Below are positions 17,268 to 26,957 of a stretch of 64,000 bases of DNA, piece after piece. The notes under the pieces are model-generated. The model did not search any database and was not told the origin of the DNA. It saw nothing but the letters and a program-made list of their open reading frames with translations. Source of the DNA: an uncultured Saprospiraceae bacterium (GTDB lineage Bacteria > Bacteroidota > Bacteroidia > Chitinophagales > Saprospiraceae); the NCBI GenBank assembly GCA_964398295.1, contig CAYNMW010000001.1:13490-77489 (forward strand), in the 5' to 3' direction. How positions within the stretch are numbered: the stretch's first letter is position 1; each line of letters starts with the position of its first letter. A program made the position numbers and the translations under genes.

Positions 17268-17273
17268 GATTGA

Positions 17274-17318
17274 TGCCGCAAAGAGTGTAACACCTTTTGC
17301 TCAGGAGCAATACCTGAG
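17274..17318 (+). repeat. Family-1 intergenic repeat copy plus CTCAGG/CCTGAG hairpin
   Basis: TGCCGCAAAGAGTGTAACACCTTTTGCTCAGG lies directly after the DUF1295 stop. It is followed by AGCAATA and then CCTGAGTCGAA, a truncated inverted copy. Confidence 0.7.
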
Positions 17319-17370
17319 TCGAATCGCGATAGCTATCGGGATGAACTCTCGACGGCAATTTAACTCCCAA

Positions 17371-17952
17371 TCACTCAGGAAAATACTCAATGTACTTTCT
17401 CACTATTTGTGAAAACTCTTCTCCATAGTATTTTGACAGTAAATAAAAACTCATGTCTATACCAGCACTTACTCCAGCTGAAGTGACAATCGTTTCATTG
17501 TCTACATATCGTTTTTCCTTATTGACTTGTATGGTGGAATCAAGTTTTGTCAACATATCAAAAGACAAATGATGAGAACAAGCTTGCATATTTTTCAAAT
17601 AGCCCAATTTAGCCAGAATCAATGCCCCTGTGCAAATTGTTGCAGTCAACTTTGAATTGTCTATGCACTCTTTTATACGAGCGAGTGCAGCTTCATCTTT
17701 TACGATAGGTCTCGTACCAAATCCTCCGGGAATCAAAAACAAATCATAGGCCTGTCCATCTAGTACGGTATTAGTAGTTACATTCAGCAATGATTTAGAA
17801 ACTGCAATCTCCTTTTGCAAGCCTACGGTTTCTATGCTGAACAGCGAACCATCTTTTACATAATTAGCTGCTCCAAATACTTCTAAAGGTCCTGCAAAAT
17901 CGAGCAACTCGACATCTTGGAATAGGAGCATACCGATGCTGTCTATTTTCAT
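17371..17952 (-). CDS. DJ-1/PfpI family protein
   Basis: 193 aa with LIPGGFGTR and the nucleophile-elbow-like ICTGALILAKLGYL. Confidence 0.8.
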   Translation of the reverse strand: MKIDSIGMLLFQDVELLDFAGPLEVFGAANYVKDGSLFSIETVGLQKEIAVSKSLLNVTTNTVLDGQAYDLFLIPGGFGTRPIVKDEAALARIKECIDNSKLTATICTGALILAKLGYLKNMQACSHHLSFDMLTKLDSTIQVNKEKRYVDNETIVTSAGVSAGIDMSFYLLSKYYGEEFSQIVRKYIEYFPE

Positions 17953-18225
17953 ATCTTAATTTTCATAAGCGACGGACTTTACCTTTCCTTCAAAATATTC
18001 ATTTGTGTTAAACATAAAATTTTGTATTCACTTAGTCGAAAGTTCAAATTTACTAAAGTGCAATGGAAGGACTTAGGCAAAAAACATCAAATTCGACATT
18101 TAGTGACCATAATACTACTCTTATGAAGCAATATCCTATTTAGGAATTCTATGAATATTGAAAAAAATATCTATTCTTATAAGCGTTTTCGATAATCCCT
18201 CCCTTTTACTAATAAAGACTTTACT

Positions 18226-19881
18226 ATGAAAGACTTTGTACGCTTGTTCGCAAGCTTATTACTTATTATTACTATATCATCATCCTGTCATGAAGACTTA
18301 GTAGAAGAGGTAGTCATAACCGATGAATTCACCCCATTTACGATTTTTGAAGCTCAGGTCAATGGTATTGTTTCTGATGACTCAGGTGATCCTATAGCAA
18401 ATGCCACCATTTTAATTGACGGAGAAATGGTCCAGACTGATGATCTTGGTTATTTCCAAATTGAAAACCTCAGATCAAATTCGCAAGAAAGCAAGCAATT
18501 ATCAATCCAAGCTGAAGGTTTTTTGCCATCAAGTCGACTGATACGGGTATTGTCTCCGAGTACGATTGATTTAAACATAAGCTTGATCCCCATTCCAGGG
18601 CAAATGGATTTTCAGGCTACTGATGGCTTTACTGCGCAAGTTTCTGAATCTGCAAGTATCCAATTTTTTCCAAATGGAATAACAAGGGATAATCAGCCTT
18701 ATACTGGTCAAGTCTTCCTTCGTTCGTATCACCTTGCGAAAGATGATGAACAGTTGTTCGATAAGCTTCCTGGAGCTCTTGTTGGGCTAGATGTAGACGA
18801 AACGCTTCAACAATTGGAAACATACGGAATGATCTATGCGCTTCTGGAAGATGAATTTGGCAACGAACTACAACCAGATCCAGGAGCTACTGCTTTATTG
18901 ACAATCAACATACCAGATCAATATTTAAATGTTGCTCCTGCCGAAGTCCCATTATGGTTTTTTGATGAGACTAGTGGTGTCTGGATTGAAGAGGGAATTG
19001 CGACAAAAAATGGAAATAGGTATGAAGGAAATGTAACACATTTTAGTTGGTGGAATATTGACATACCCATTGGTAATTTGCTCACAATTTGCATGAATTT
19101 TATTGATGACGCAACTGGAGAACCTCTTAGCAATAGTCCAATCTTATTTTCTTCTGAAGGTATACAATTTGGTATCCAGTTTACAAATGATGATGGGTCT
19201 TTATGTGTCAATTTACCGGACGAATTTGAAATAGATCTACGGGTAGAAGCTGATTGTGCATATACAAATTCTGTTACGATTGGTCCCTTTACCAACAGTC
19301 AGGATAATATTGATGTAGCTCTTGGTGTCAATCGAGATGGGGCAATTGCCATAACGGGTACAGTTATAGATTGTGAAGGTAATCCACTTGATATTGAGAA
19401 TATATCCGTTTCAAGAGACGGTAATCGTCAGGTAATACCAGTGAACTCTGATGGTTCATATGCATACGAATTACTTTGTCCGAGATCAGGTGATAGAATT
19501 AAAATTTTAGCCTTTGATCCTCAAACCAATATTGCAGCTGCAGACGAATTGATTATTCAGAATGCAGATGAAAATGTAGTCTTCGATTTCAATACGTGCG
19601 ACCAGGCAGACAATTTATTGTCAGGTGAAATATTTGGCGAAGCTACGGCTATCAGTATAGAGTCAGTACGTACAAATCCGAATGAAACAATTTTGGTTTT
19701 GGATAATGGTTGTTTTCTTTCATTCCTAGGAAATACAACAGGCACATTTGATGGTGCCTATTTCTGTGGAACTTCAGAGAGTGGAGAAGTAGTAGTTACT
19801 ATTACTCAGTATAACAATATAGTTTCTGGATCGTTTTCTGGGACTGATTTATCTGGAACATTTAGTGCATCAATAAACTAA
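18226..19881 (+). CDS. Lipoprotein with a carboxypeptidase-regulatory-like (CarboxypepD_reg) domain
   Basis: 551 aa with lipobox-type signal MKDFVRLFASLLLIITISSSC. GIVSDDSGDPIANATILIDGEMVQTDDLGYFQIENL is CarboxypepD_reg-like. Confidence 0.6.
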   Translation: MKDFVRLFASLLLIITISSSCHEDLVEEVVITDEFTPFTIFEAQVNGIVSDDSGDPIANATILIDGEMVQTDDLGYFQIENLRSNSQESKQLSIQAEGFLPSSRLIRVLSPSTIDLNISLIPIPGQMDFQATDGFTAQVSESASIQFFPNGITRDNQPYTGQVFLRSYHLAKDDEQLFDKLPGALVGLDVDETLQQLETYGMIYALLEDEFGNELQPDPGATALLTINIPDQYLNVAPAEVPLWFFDETSGVWIEEGIATKNGNRYEGNVTHFSWWNIDIPIGNLLTICMNFIDDATGEPLSNSPILFSSEGIQFGIQFTNDDGSLCVNLPDEFEIDLRVEADCAYTNSVTIGPFTNSQDNIDVALGVNRDGAIAITGTVIDCEGNPLDIENISVSRDGNRQVIPVNSDGSYAYELLCPRSGDRIKILAFDPQTNIAAADELIIQNADENVVFDFNTCDQADNLLSGEIFGEATAISIESVRTNPNETILVLDNGCFLSFLGNTTGTFDGAYFCGTSESGEVVVTITQYNNIVSGSFSGTDLSGTFSASIN

Positions 19882-19893
19882 AGGAGAACACCA

Positions 19894-20436
19894 TTGGAAG
19901 ATAAGATCATCATAGCAGAATGTAAAAGAGCTGATCCTAAGTATCAGAAAATATTATTAGAAAAGTATTCTGATTACCTAGCAAGTGCAGCAAGAAACTA
20001 TGTCTCTGATTCTAGTTCAATCATGGACATACTTCAGGAAACATGGATCATCATCTTTAATAATATTGAAAAATACGAGGAACGGGGATACTTCTATCCT
20101 TGGGCAAAGCGAATCATGCTGAGAGAAATAATTAGAGCAAGCAAAAAAGATAAAGCAAAAATATTGTTAATAGATACACTTAAAAATCGTACAGAAATTA
20201 GTCAACCTTCTGTTGAAAGCCAATTAGAATTAGAAGAAGCAATGAAACTTATTGAACAAATTAATTCTCCTGCAAAAGAGGTCTTTAAGTTGAAGATTAT
20301 TGATGAACTGAGTCACAAAGAAATTGCAGAGATCATGAGCATAAAAGAAAGCACCTCAAGAGTTCACCTGACAAATGCAAGAAAGCAATTAAAAGAACTG
20401 CTCACTGTTCGTGATAAAAGAAAAACAATGCTATGA
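19894..20436 (+). CDS. ECF-type RNA polymerase sigma-70 family factor
   Basis: 180 aa with a TTG start. The region-2-like segment is LQETWIIIFNNIEKY, and the region-4 HTH is LSHKEIAEIMSIKESTSRVHLTNARKQLKELL. Confidence 0.8.
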   Translation: MEDKIIIAECKRADPKYQKILLEKYSDYLASAARNYVSDSSSIMDILQETWIIIFNNIEKYEERGYFYPWAKRIMLREIIRASKKDKAKILLIDTLKNRTEISQPSVESQLELEEAMKLIEQINSPAKEVFKLKIIDELSHKEIAEIMSIKESTSRVHLTNARKQLKELLTVRDKRKTML

Positions 20437-21977
20437 ATCTGAATGAACTAGAAAAAGGATTAAAGAATTATAAGTCTGCATCTCCAGATAAGATTGATAC
20501 AGAAACATTGTGGAATGAAGTGTCTCCACATATACCCCAATTTAAGAAACGCGACTCAAGAAGATTTTTCATTTTCTTTTTTTTCCTATGTGCATGTATG
20601 GCTGCATTATATTTAATTAACTCTGATTCGATGAATAAAGATCAAGAGTTAACCATGGAGAACTCAGTTAATTCTACTAGGAAAACTCAAAATCTTGTAG
20701 CAAAAAATGAAAATGAAAATAATATTCTGGACAAGCAAATTGACGAACAGTTACCTCAAGCTAATAAATTAACACGTAATAAATCGATATCCTCTGATGG
20801 GCTAGCGATGGTAAATGCAAATAATTTTTCTGAAGTAGCCTCATCTGTAAAATCAATAACAAAAGAATCCTCTGTACAGTCTGATGATATAATAAACAAC
20901 TTAAATAATCAGTATGATATAACTACTTCACCTACAAAAAAATTAAATACAAGCATTGAATATTTTGCAGTTAATAATGGGAGTACTTTAAAGGGATTAA
21001 CTAGCATTGCCCGTAGATTAAGAAATGACAAGACTGGGGTTAGTGATAATGATCAGACTATTGCTTTCCAAGCCTCAAATGATACACCTGAGTTAAACAA
21101 TTCTACGAAATTCAGTAAGCTATTTGTTTTGGAAGAGAAACAAAGTCGAGAATTGATTGACTTAGGTGTTATTCCACTAACATCATTATTAATCGCAGAT
21201 GTTGAGATGCCTGTAATGCCGAAACGATTGTATCTATACAACAAACAATCTCGGTATAAAGGGAGTATTGAAATTGGAGGCGCTTACTTCATTCCAAGTA
21301 GATCTCTTACACTTAATAACCAAGAATTTGAAAATGAGTTCGCAAGCAGAAATGCAGCAGAAGAAATACTCGACGCCTGGAACAGCACAATTGCATTTAG
21401 GTATATGGTGCATCCAAATATTGGCTTAAGAGTAGGTCTGCAGTATTTAGTGATTAATGAACGATCAACAAAACAATTAAATCTTTCAGAGACGCTCTTT
21501 ATAGAGGATACAATAATTGGAAATTTCGTCAGACTCGATGGTATAAGTGAACCTATAAGGGGAGACATCGAACTCAATCGAACAATAACCAGACGAGTAA
21601 GTAGGATCAATACTTTTCGATTAATTCAAATTCCGATAGAGGTCTTTTATGCCCAGCGATTAAATAAGTTACAGTTTGAATTAGGTGCAGGAGTTATACA
21701 AAATATATCGACATCAAGTTCAGGGTTTTGGCATCCAGATGACCAAAGTGAATATGATTTATCGCTTGATCAAAATGATTACATCAAGTCTAGAATTGGG
21801 ATGTCATTTACAGGTAGAGCAGGGATATCTTACCCTTTAAATAGAAACTTTGATTTGTTTTCCAATATCAGATATGTGACCTCCATAAATGGCTTTACAA
21901 ATTCCAACTACGGCATTAATCAATCGTATACACTTATTGGTGCTGATCTTGGTATACGCATTAATTTAATTAAATGA
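20433..21977 (+). CDS. Putative anti-sigma-like membrane protein with an N/S-rich linker and a C-terminal beta-barrel-like domain
   Basis: 514 aa. Its start overlaps the sigma-factor stop (ATGA). A single TM lies at residues ~44-62 (RRFFIFFFFLCACMAALYLI). A low-complexity linker follows. The last ~240 aa show alternating hydrophobic strands (IGLRVGLQYLVI, FELGAGVIQNI, YTLIGADLGIRINLIK). Confidence 0.5.
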   Translation: MNLNELEKGLKNYKSASPDKIDTETLWNEVSPHIPQFKKRDSRRFFIFFFFLCACMAALYLINSDSMNKDQELTMENSVNSTRKTQNLVAKNENENNILDKQIDEQLPQANKLTRNKSISSDGLAMVNANNFSEVASSVKSITKESSVQSDDIINNLNNQYDITTSPTKKLNTSIEYFAVNNGSTLKGLTSIARRLRNDKTGVSDNDQTIAFQASNDTPELNNSTKFSKLFVLEEKQSRELIDLGVIPLTSLLIADVEMPVMPKRLYLYNKQSRYKGSIEIGGAYFIPSRSLTLNNQEFENEFASRNAAEEILDAWNSTIAFRYMVHPNIGLRVGLQYLVINERSTKQLNLSETLFIEDTIIGNFVRLDGISEPIRGDIELNRTITRRVSRINTFRLIQIPIEVFYAQRLNKLQFELGAGVIQNISTSSSGFWHPDDQSEYDLSLDQNDYIKSRIGMSFTGRAGISYPLNRNFDLFSNIRYVTSINGFTNSNYGINQSYTLIGADLGIRINLIK

Positions 21978-23821
21978 ATAAAAGAAAAGTTATAAATATG
22001 AGAACATTAATTTTTACAATCATCTCTTTGTTGGTTATGACTAACATAAGTTTGGCACAATTGAATTGTGTGGAAGGAATTAACACAGTTTCTATTGATC
22101 CTTGGACAAATACTGCAGTATTGTTTCCAAAAGATTTTTTAGTAGATGCTCAAGCTGATGGAAGCTTTGAACTATCTATAGATGGTACTAACTTCTTTGA
22201 ATCCATAGAGTTAGAAGAAGGTGAGTTTCAAGTCACGGTGCGTGATATGTCCACAGGCGAAACATGTGAGTCTATGTTGCTGGTTAATGATCAAATACCT
22301 CCAGTGGCTATATGTTCGGAATTAGTCCAGATTTTAATTTCAGACTCGATAGTCATTCTCAATGTAGAAGATATAAATCTAGGCTCCCATGATTCAGGAA
22401 ATAGTGAAGTTACTCTTGGCCTTAGCATTGATGGTATTGACAATCAAGATCCACTTGCTCCTGACTTTGTTCCTGTTACAGAAATAGAATTTGATTCTCA
22501 AGATGTTTGTAAGGAATTCAATGTTATATTAAATGCATGGGATGCTTCTGGTAATTCCACAGCCTGCTGGGCCATAGTTCAAATAACTGATCCTGTAAGT
22601 CTTTGTGACTTTACAAACTCAACTGAGGTAATGCGCGAAGATGTTGCAGAGAATGAAATACCTTTATTTGTTAATCCCTTTGTCGAAAATCTCGAAACAT
22701 CAGTATTCGATTTTGAAATTAATGGTGTCCAACCTACATCTTATGCAAACGGAACCTACGGTTTACCATTGAGTGATATTCAGCAAACTGATAATGTGTT
22801 GAGGATTCTTTCTGACAATTCAATGGCGTTAAACGGTCTTAGCACAATTGATCTGGTGTTGTTAATCCAATTTCTTGTTGCAGGAAACCCTCTGTCAAAT
22901 GAACAAATTATCGCTTCAGATCTAGATAAGTCAGGAGATTTATCTCTAACCAGAGATGCCATATTATTTTCAAAATTGATATTGGGAGAAGAAATAGATA
23001 TTCCAGGGGAAGATTACTTTATGATTCCTGAGAATAGTTTATCAATAAATTCTTTAGATGCGTTTAATTTTGAAAACAACTTCTCGTCCTTCTCATTTGA
23101 TCTAGCAGAATTGGATCAGGACACTGGAATCACGGTAGATGTACACAAATATGGAGACTTGAACGGTAACTTCACAGAAACCAGATCTTCAGAACCAGGC
23201 TTACTTTCATTCGACAATACATTTGTGCACAGCAATCAAGAAGTGTTTATCGATTTCATCTTGTCATCATCCACTGAGGTCAACTCATTCGTTGGCGCAC
23301 AAGCAGAATTGTTATTCCAATCAGGGATTATTACTTCTGTCGATAATAATGGTCAATCGGATTTCAATTATCTGTTTGAAGAAAATAGATTGCGATTTAC
23401 ATTTGCAGATAATAAGGATCATTCAGAATTAACATTTACAGTAGGCTTTATCCCAAATGAAAGTGTCCAACTGGAAGATGTCATTGCACTATCAACTTCT
23501 TTTCATACAGAATTTATTACCTCAGAATTAAGTGTAGGTGCTATTGAATTACAAGCTAACATGGTGACTTCTTTAGCAGATGATGAAATAGAAACAGATG
23601 TCAAAGTGTACCCAAGTCCAGCTCGGGATTATTTTACGATTACAGTGAATGAAAATCAGATAGGAAAGCAACTGTTTGTCATTAATCAATTGGGGCAGGT
23701 TGAATTAAATACACTAGTAAAGAATTCAAATTCTACTATCAACATCTCTGCTTTGTCAACTGGGTTAAAGTTTGTTAGAATTGAAGATGAAGCAAATATT
23801 TACAAATTGATGGTAAAATAA
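21974..23821 (+). CDS. T9SS-secreted protein with a dockerin-like unit and a type A C-terminal sorting domain
   Basis: 615 aa with signal peptide MRTLIFTIISLLVMTNISLAQ. It has an ATGA overlap with the upstream gene. The dockerin-like segment is DLDKSGDLSLTRDAILFSKLILG. The C-terminus VKVYPSPARDYFTITV...GLKFVRIEDEANIYKLMVK looks like a Por_Secre_tail domain. Confidence 0.7.
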   Translation: MNKRKVINMRTLIFTIISLLVMTNISLAQLNCVEGINTVSIDPWTNTAVLFPKDFLVDAQADGSFELSIDGTNFFESIELEEGEFQVTVRDMSTGETCESMLLVNDQIPPVAICSELVQILISDSIVILNVEDINLGSHDSGNSEVTLGLSIDGIDNQDPLAPDFVPVTEIEFDSQDVCKEFNVILNAWDASGNSTACWAIVQITDPVSLCDFTNSTEVMREDVAENEIPLFVNPFVENLETSVFDFEINGVQPTSYANGTYGLPLSDIQQTDNVLRILSDNSMALNGLSTIDLVLLIQFLVAGNPLSNEQIIASDLDKSGDLSLTRDAILFSKLILGEEIDIPGEDYFMIPENSLSINSLDAFNFENNFSSFSFDLAELDQDTGITVDVHKYGDLNGNFTETRSSEPGLLSFDNTFVHSNQEVFIDFILSSSTEVNSFVGAQAELLFQSGIITSVDNNGQSDFNYLFEENRLRFTFADNKDHSELTFTVGFIPNESVQLEDVIALSTSFHTEFITSELSVGAIELQANMVTSLADDEIETDVKVYPSPARDYFTITVNENQIGKQLFVINQLGQVELNTLVKNSNSTINISALSTGLKFVRIEDEANIYKLMVK

Positions 23822-23845
23822 GAGAGTGCTTTGTTAAGTATTAAA

Positions 23846-26131
23846 TCAAAAAATAGCAATCGTTTGTAGTAACTGTCTTTGTTCTTGGTGTCCTTCAAAT
23901 TGATAATTAAATTTGACAACATACACGCCAGGATTTACATTTAATTGAAGTGCATCAAAATCTATTGCATTACCTTCATAAAACAAATTTCCCCATTTGT
24001 CATATAGCTTGAGTTTTTGAGAAGTGAGATTACAATTGCTGAAAATGCGAAGAAGATTGTTGGAATTGTCAGCTTGTGGAATGCGATTAATGGCATTTGG
24101 TACATAACCAATGCACGCATTTGAAGGAATAGACACTTGTGGCTCGCTAGTTTCTGTTGAGTCAATTGGTGTTTCGATGTCGCAGGCTCCTGGTATAATG
24201 TTGATGGTGTCAGCGTCTAAACAATTAGCAGTTTCGACCTCAAGCCAAAATGTACCAGTAGTTCGAACAACGATTGTAGAGCTGGTAGACCCATCCGACC
24301 AAAAATAATTACCAGAAACATTGGCAGTTAAGATGATACTATCTTCTGGACACAGCTCTTCATCAGAGCCGAGGTTTACTTGTAGTTCTTCAAGAGCAAC
24401 AAGAATGGTATCTTTTGATGAGCATTGACCATCTGTCACTTCTAACCAGTATTGACCAGATCGGACAACCTCAATAGATTGCGTTATTTGGTTTGTAGAC
24501 CAAAGATAAGATTGCCCTTGTATTGGGCTCTCTAGCAAGACAGATGATTGATCGCAAGCAACAATATCGTCACCAAAACTGAATTCATTACTATTTGCAA
24601 ATGATACATTAATTGTATCTCTCAGAATACAGCCTTCTTTGGTTTCTACTTCTAACCAAAAATCTCCTGAGGTATTCACTTCAATTGAAGGGATTGTATC
24701 ACCTGTACTCCAATTATAAGATTTGCTTATAAAGGGACTATCCAATTGGTAGGAGGGATTATCACATATAACTTGATCTTCGCCAAGATTTAAATGCAAA
24801 TCATTTCTAAATATTATGTCTATTGAATCTGTTCTAATTAAACAATTACTAAATGTTCTTTCTAACCAATAAATTCCACTTAGACTTATTTCTTTGATAG
24901 GTGAAGTTGAGCCATCATTCCATAGATAACTAACACCATCTGAGGTCGAGTCTAGTATAATTTGACTAGCTGTGCAGATCACGCTATCTTTTGGAAAAGG
25001 TGCTTGTAAATCTGGTTGTTGGTCTGCAACAACTACAAGATTTTGCAGAGTTCCAGCTAAAATGTTATTTGAAGGAGCAGAAATGGCTTTTAATTCGAAA
25101 TTTGCCTCAACTCCCTTTTTATTAGGTGTGTGAATAACTGATATGTAAGGTCCGAGTTCATGATTTAAATAAATTTTACCATTTGGTCCTCGTTGAATTC
25201 CAGGTATTCCTCCAGGGAATCCTTCTTCATTTAGTACTACTTTTGAAGAGTTAATATCAGTATCTAGCAAATCAAATTGAACTAGATCTTCAAACCGCGA
25301 ATTGCTTCTGTTTGGTTCATAAGCATATAAAAATCTTCCACTTGGTGAAAAACAAACTGCGTGAAATCTTTTACCTGTTGCAATAGAATTCTTGTACTTC
25401 AATTTTCCGCTTAGCTTGTCAAACTCAAACATATTAATTCCACCAAAAAGATTCGTGACTATATCATGTTGTGCATTAATATTCATTTCTGCTAATAGGG
25501 TGCTAGTGCCACAAGAGTTTGTGTCAAAATTAATCATTTGGTCAGCTGAGGAAATTACGGGATTTTGATTAAAGCCATTTTCTGTAATTTCATATGATAA
25601 AAAGTTATCACTGCATCTGTCATGAACAATTAACCATAAATGTGATTCATCTCGTTTTGCTAAAATCATTCCCTCAGTTAACTCATCAGCAACAAAAATA
25701 TTTTTTTCAATAACAAGGCCTCTTCCATTTTCTTCTGCAATATCAATTAGTGAGTAATGCAATCTGCCTGGGTTGCCTCCATCTTCTAAGGTAAAAAGAA
25801 TGTATAGTGTTGATTTTGGTATTCGAGTTGCTACAACTGTTTGAATGCCTATTGTACTACCTTTTAAATTTTGTCCATTTTCTATAATGGTGTGTTCGCT
25901 ATTCCAAATTGTTTTTCCATCCGAATAAAATAGAAGATCTCCACAACTGCTTGATACAGTACAAACACCAAACGAGCTGTTTTGCATAGCAGAACCTACT
26001 AAATATTCTGGTGGAGTAGAATTGAAGTTTAAGCCGCCTCCACCTCCAAATATCCAATTATTATTTTCTCCTTGTGCGGAAAATTCTGTTAAACTTAAAC
26101 AACAAATTATTAGAAATATATATTTTATCAA
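23846..26131 (-). CDS. T9SS cargo with an N-terminal propeller-like region, four ~65-aa internal repeats and a type-B (gliding-motility CTD)-like sorting domain
   Basis: 761 aa with signal peptide MIKYIFLIICCLSLTEFSAQ. It contains the repeats SYLWNDGSTS..GIYWLE, SYNWSTGDT..GDFWLEVET, SYLWSTNQIT..GQYWLEVTD and NYFWSDGSTS..GTFWLEVET. The C-terminus is YVPNAI...LKLYDKWGNLFYEG...PGVYVVKFNY. Confidence 0.65.
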   Translation of the reverse strand: MIKYIFLIICCLSLTEFSAQGENNNWIFGGGGGLNFNSTPPEYLVGSAMQNSSFGVCTVSSSCGDLLFYSDGKTIWNSEHTIIENGQNLKGSTIGIQTVVATRIPKSTLYILFTLEDGGNPGRLHYSLIDIAEENGRGLVIEKNIFVADELTEGMILAKRDESHLWLIVHDRCSDNFLSYEITENGFNQNPVISSADQMINFDTNSCGTSTLLAEMNINAQHDIVTNLFGGINMFEFDKLSGKLKYKNSIATGKRFHAVCFSPSGRFLYAYEPNRSNSRFEDLVQFDLLDTDINSSKVVLNEEGFPGGIPGIQRGPNGKIYLNHELGPYISVIHTPNKKGVEANFELKAISAPSNNILAGTLQNLVVVADQQPDLQAPFPKDSVICTASQIILDSTSDGVSYLWNDGSTSPIKEISLSGIYWLERTFSNCLIRTDSIDIIFRNDLHLNLGEDQVICDNPSYQLDSPFISKSYNWSTGDTIPSIEVNTSGDFWLEVETKEGCILRDTINVSFANSNEFSFGDDIVACDQSSVLLESPIQGQSYLWSTNQITQSIEVVRSGQYWLEVTDGQCSSKDTILVALEELQVNLGSDEELCPEDSIILTANVSGNYFWSDGSTSSTIVVRTTGTFWLEVETANCLDADTINIIPGACDIETPIDSTETSEPQVSIPSNACIGYVPNAINRIPQADNSNNLLRIFSNCNLTSQKLKLYDKWGNLFYEGNAIDFDALQLNVNPGVYVVKFNYQFEGHQEQRQLLQTIAIF

Positions 26132-26179
26132 TTTCGCTTAATATTAGAAGGCCAATAAATTGACCTCCTTAATTTATAA

Positions 26180-26743
26180 TTAGCAAGGAAATAGCCCAAC
26201 TACAAAATCAATCGCTGCATTACGATCGTCTCGATCTATAAATGTTGTTTCACCCAATCCTCTGTATAAAGAAAGATAACCAAATCTTCTAATCTTAGAA
26301 GAAAGGTTCCAAGTTTCACATTGATTTGAAGTTCCATGATTGTCGTTGCAAGCACTAGGACTATTGCAATAGGTACTGCAAGTTGAACCAAAATATGCAA
26401 TATCCGCAGCGGAAAAAACTCCATTTCCATTTAAGTCACCACAATAGTTTATCCAGCCTGAATTGCAAGCACCTGTAGTTCTGGTTTCAACTCTAGAATT
26501 AATTCGACTTCTTATCTCATCTATAAATTCCGGTGATAATTCAGGTAAATTATTCTCTTCAAAATATCGCAATAATTCATCTAAACTGACAACTTCCCTT
26601 TTTACTTCGCCGTTTTTTTTGGCAAATTCTTGATATTCTAGATAGTCTTCATTGAACAAATTTTTCTGTGTCAGAATTCTCAAATTGAACTCTATCAAAT
26701 TGATTTGAATTAAGTTGTGATAAATCTTCTTCTTGACATGCAA
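26180..26743 (-). CDS. Hypothetical Cys-rich protein with a dockerin/EF-hand-like loop and no obvious signal peptide
   Basis: 187 aa with a helical acidic N-terminal half. The C-terminal half has 9 Cys (GACNSGWINYCGDLNGNGVFSAADIAYFGSTCSTYCNSPSACNDNHGTSNQCETW...LFPC). It lies 48 nt upstream of the T9SS type-B gene on the same strand. Confidence 0.45.
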   Translation of the reverse strand: MHVKKKIYHNLIQINLIEFNLRILTQKNLFNEDYLEYQEFAKKNGEVKREVVSLDELLRYFEENNLPELSPEFIDEIRSRINSRVETRTTGACNSGWINYCGDLNGNGVFSAADIAYFGSTCSTYCNSPSACNDNHGTSNQCETWNLSSKIRRFGYLSLYRGLGETTFIDRDDRNAAIDFVVGLFPC

Positions 26744-26957
26744 ATAAAGTCATTAACAGAGTAGAGTGATTAAAATAAATTTTGTGTTCATAATATAAAC
26801 ATTTAAATAATTGGTTAAAAATTGAGGGTAGATTTTCGAACAACGTTTTGTGCGTAAGTCTCTCATAAGACAGGGGATGATCCCATATACAGAAAGGTAA
26901 ACTTCCATCCTATTTGTTAATAAACATTCATCCATAGATGATATATTTTCCACATAT

